A stretch of 64,000 bases of DNA from Prorocentrum cordatum (taxonomy: Eukaryota), in contig CAUYUJ010000325.1 in NCBI GenBank assembly GCA_963575745.1, forward strand, positions 434,001 through 498,000, written 5' to 3'. This document shows, in pieces, positions 61,591-64,000 of this stretch (position 1 is its first letter; each line of letters opens with the position of its first letter). The position numbers and the translations under genes were made by a program. The notes beneath the pieces were generated by a model that saw only the letters and a program-made list of their open reading frames with translations, made no database searches and had not been told where the DNA came from.

Positions 61591-62922
61591 TGGCAACGGC
61601 TAGACAGATGCACCATTTTGACATGTTCACAACCCGAACCCCAGAGGAGTTAGGATCCAAAACATCGTGGGTCGGCGCGAGCTGCCGACGGCGCCCCCGC
61701 GCCCGAGCCCAACGAGAACCAGACCCACCCCGAGAATTACAACCGAACCGCTCAAGGCCACGCTGAAAGTCGAACCTGGTCCCAACCCAGCACATCCCAC
61801 ACACGCCCTTCGCTTCTGCCCATCCCTTAGCCACCATCCGTTGGCACTAGCCACAGGCGCCGCGAACCCTGTAAACCTCCCCAAAATCGGCTGCGCTACT
61901 ACGGCCACTAGTTTCGTGTCAGAGCACCAACCCGCACCGCCAGGAAGTGATGCGGCGCGTGCCCCCCCCCTCCGAAACGTATAATGGTGGGCAAGAAGAT
62001 CGTCGCGGCCCGCGACCGTAATGCGATCCCCAGACGATTTTGACATGACACGTCGGTCCTTGGATGGCCCTACGACCCTCGCGCGACAACAGGATGACCC
62101 CGCGACAATAACATGATTCACTGCGCGACGCCGCGACGGCTCCAAGACGACCCTAACGAGACCCCATGATGACTGCATCGCGATTTCGTGGGCCTGGACC
62201 GAATACGATCCCCAAGCGAAGCCATCACTCCAAGATGCTCCCAAAATGGCCCAACGACCCCCCACATGCCCATAATAAGGCCCCCATCTCGCCGTTGGGC
62301 GGAGCCGCCGAAGCCAGATTGCTGGGCGACCCCTCGATCATCTGCCAAAAGCACCGCAGATATGACCCGTCACACGCGCGAGCTGTGATGCGTTGGCTTG
62401 GCACGCCACGCTGTAGTGTTGCAAGGTCCTGGTCGGCGGCGCGTCGGACACTCCGGCCGCGCGCAAGAGGAGGAAGCTGCGACCCGAACGGCCGATCATG
62501 ACTTGACCAGCTTGCCAGGCGCGGTTGCAGAGGATGTCACAACGTGTGAGGAGGTAGTCCACGCGCTCCTGCGGCAATCAATCGAAGCCTATAAGCGCCG
62601 ACACTGCCGAGGCGCGCCCCCCCCCCGCCAGTTGGCCCCGCTGTTCGGCCAAACTGCGCATTCGGAAAGTCATCGGCGGAGCTGGGTCGCCGTTGATGGC
62701 ACCCCCAGCACCGGGGCAGCTGGCGGCGACTCCTCAGCGCATTCTCGGGTAGGCCGCCTTGCGAAACTCGCAGAGGTCCGAGACCGCCACTGACCACGTC
62801 ACCACCTCCCGCGCCGATCGTTTGAAGGGGGCCCGAGCTTAATCGCTGCTCGGGCCCCAAGATGCGGAGATGCCGCATGCCGCCGTGGCCGCCGTCTGAA
62901 CCCACGCGGGCGAGGCAACTGG

Positions 62923-63156
62923 TCAGGGCGAGCACTGTTCATACAGGTCGTCCACCAGGCTCATGTAGTAAAGCCCGCCGTCCGGAGACTCCTCCAGCTG
63001 GACCGGGATCCCCGGGGCCAGCTTCACGAACACCGCGACTCCGGTGTCGCAGTCGGTGACAGCTCCCAGCTTGGACACGAGGATCGGGACGTCCTTCGCG
63101 AAACCGTTGATGGCGATGTCGCCCTCCATGCCCCTGCCGGTGATGCCGAACTTCAC
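62923..63156 (-). CDS. Probable terminal exon of an upstream gene; beta-propeller-like motif
   Basis: CAG|G acceptor, 78 codons with strong GC3 bias, ending in TGA. PVQLEESPDGGLYYMS resembles propeller blades of glucose/sorbosone-dehydrogenase-like proteins (tentative). Confidence 0.6.
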   Translation of the reverse strand: MKFGITGRGMEGDIAINGFAKDVPILVSKLGAVTDCDTGVAVFVKLAPGIPVQLEESPDGGLYYMSLVDDLYEQCSP

Positions 63157-63764
63157 CTGGCCGTAGTGCAGCCGATGGGGCTTTCGTTGAGCCCCCATGG
63201 GGCCCCGAAACTTTCTCCTGGGCGCGGGGGGCGCATGGTGGAGGAGGGAGGACGGAGGAGGGGGACAAGGAGGAAAGGAGGAAGGAGCGCCGGGCACTGT
63301 CTCCTCAAAACGAGGGCCTAACACCACAGGATGGTTGGGAGAAACGAACGCGCACATTCGCATAACGAGACCCTATGCCCACTGCGGCCGCGAACGTTCT
63401 TCGGGGCGTGATCCACTCAGAGCAACCGCTCCGCTTTCGCATGCGCACAGTAAGACACCACTTCAGCACTCTTCTTGAGCGCTCGCTCTGGCAGAGAGTT
63501 CACCAGGGCACCGATCAGTGGCCCATGGCATCTAGAATGCCGCGCCCACCTTCGCCTCACCAGCGTCAGAAGCGCGGTTCATCTTGCTTGCAGGCCCCGC
63601 AGGGCTCTGGTCTTGCTGGCGAGTCGGTCTTTGGGCTATTCCCCAGAAAGGGCCGACTTGGCCGCTGGCAGCGATTCAATGGTTTGATGTCACGAAGCGT
63701 CTGTGCCGCAATATGGTACAATGGTGCGCGGTTGCGCAAGGACGTTTCGTGGCTCTGTAGGGGT

Positions 63765-64000
63765 CTCCGCCGAAGGCCCCAGTGGCTGCACTCGCATGCG
63801 GTCCCCCCGCCCAGGGCAGCGCTACGCGGTTTCATCGGGAGCTCCACCGAAGGCCCCAGTGGCTGCACTCGCATGCGGCTCCCCTTCTCAGGACAGCGCT
63901 TCGTGGCCTCATCGGGAGCTCCACCGAAGGCCCCAGTGGCTGCACTCGCATGTGGGTCCCCCACCGGGGACAGCGTTTCGTGGTCCCATACGGAGTTTCT
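63765..64000. repeat. ~78-bp tandem repeat (gggagctccaccgaaggccccagtggctgcactcgcatg...)
   Basis: Three copies, running to the window end. Confidence 0.9.

Overview
This is GC-rich, repeat-dense eukaryotic genomic DNA, almost certainly dinoflagellate. It carries dinoflagellate spliced-leader (SL) relics, PPR-type exons and 'ggcccaagacggccc' / 'ccaccgaaggccccagtggc' repeats; the repeat style suggests Prorocentrum (inference). The first 21.7 kb hold two related, diverged, minus-strand LTR retrotransposons. Element B (7670-21746) has two 266-bp LTRs, a target-site duplication and a tRNA-iMet-type PBS. Its giant, decayed polyprotein reads Gag / Zn-knuckle / Tpt1-KptA RNA 2'-phosphotransferase / RING-H2 / aspartic protease / two C5-DNA-methyltransferase-like modules / integrase. 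RT-RNaseH is not visible and probably lies in the 100-N gap. Element A (1-6923, runs off the left edge) has the same PBS, Gag, a Tpt1 relic and a RING. Both elements have an SL-like motif inside the LTR and non-TG..CA ends. Both carry sense-strand GNRA-tetraloop hairpins (about 30 in total) whose stems co-vary. The rest of the window is microsatellite- and repeat-rich sequence with scattered minus-strand PPR exons, a LINE RT relic, a ~775-bp tandem array, a decayed second Copia lineage and the last exon of another gene. Most ORFs in the supplied track are spurious (low-complexity or antisense). All calls come from reading the sequence by eye; no database searches were run.
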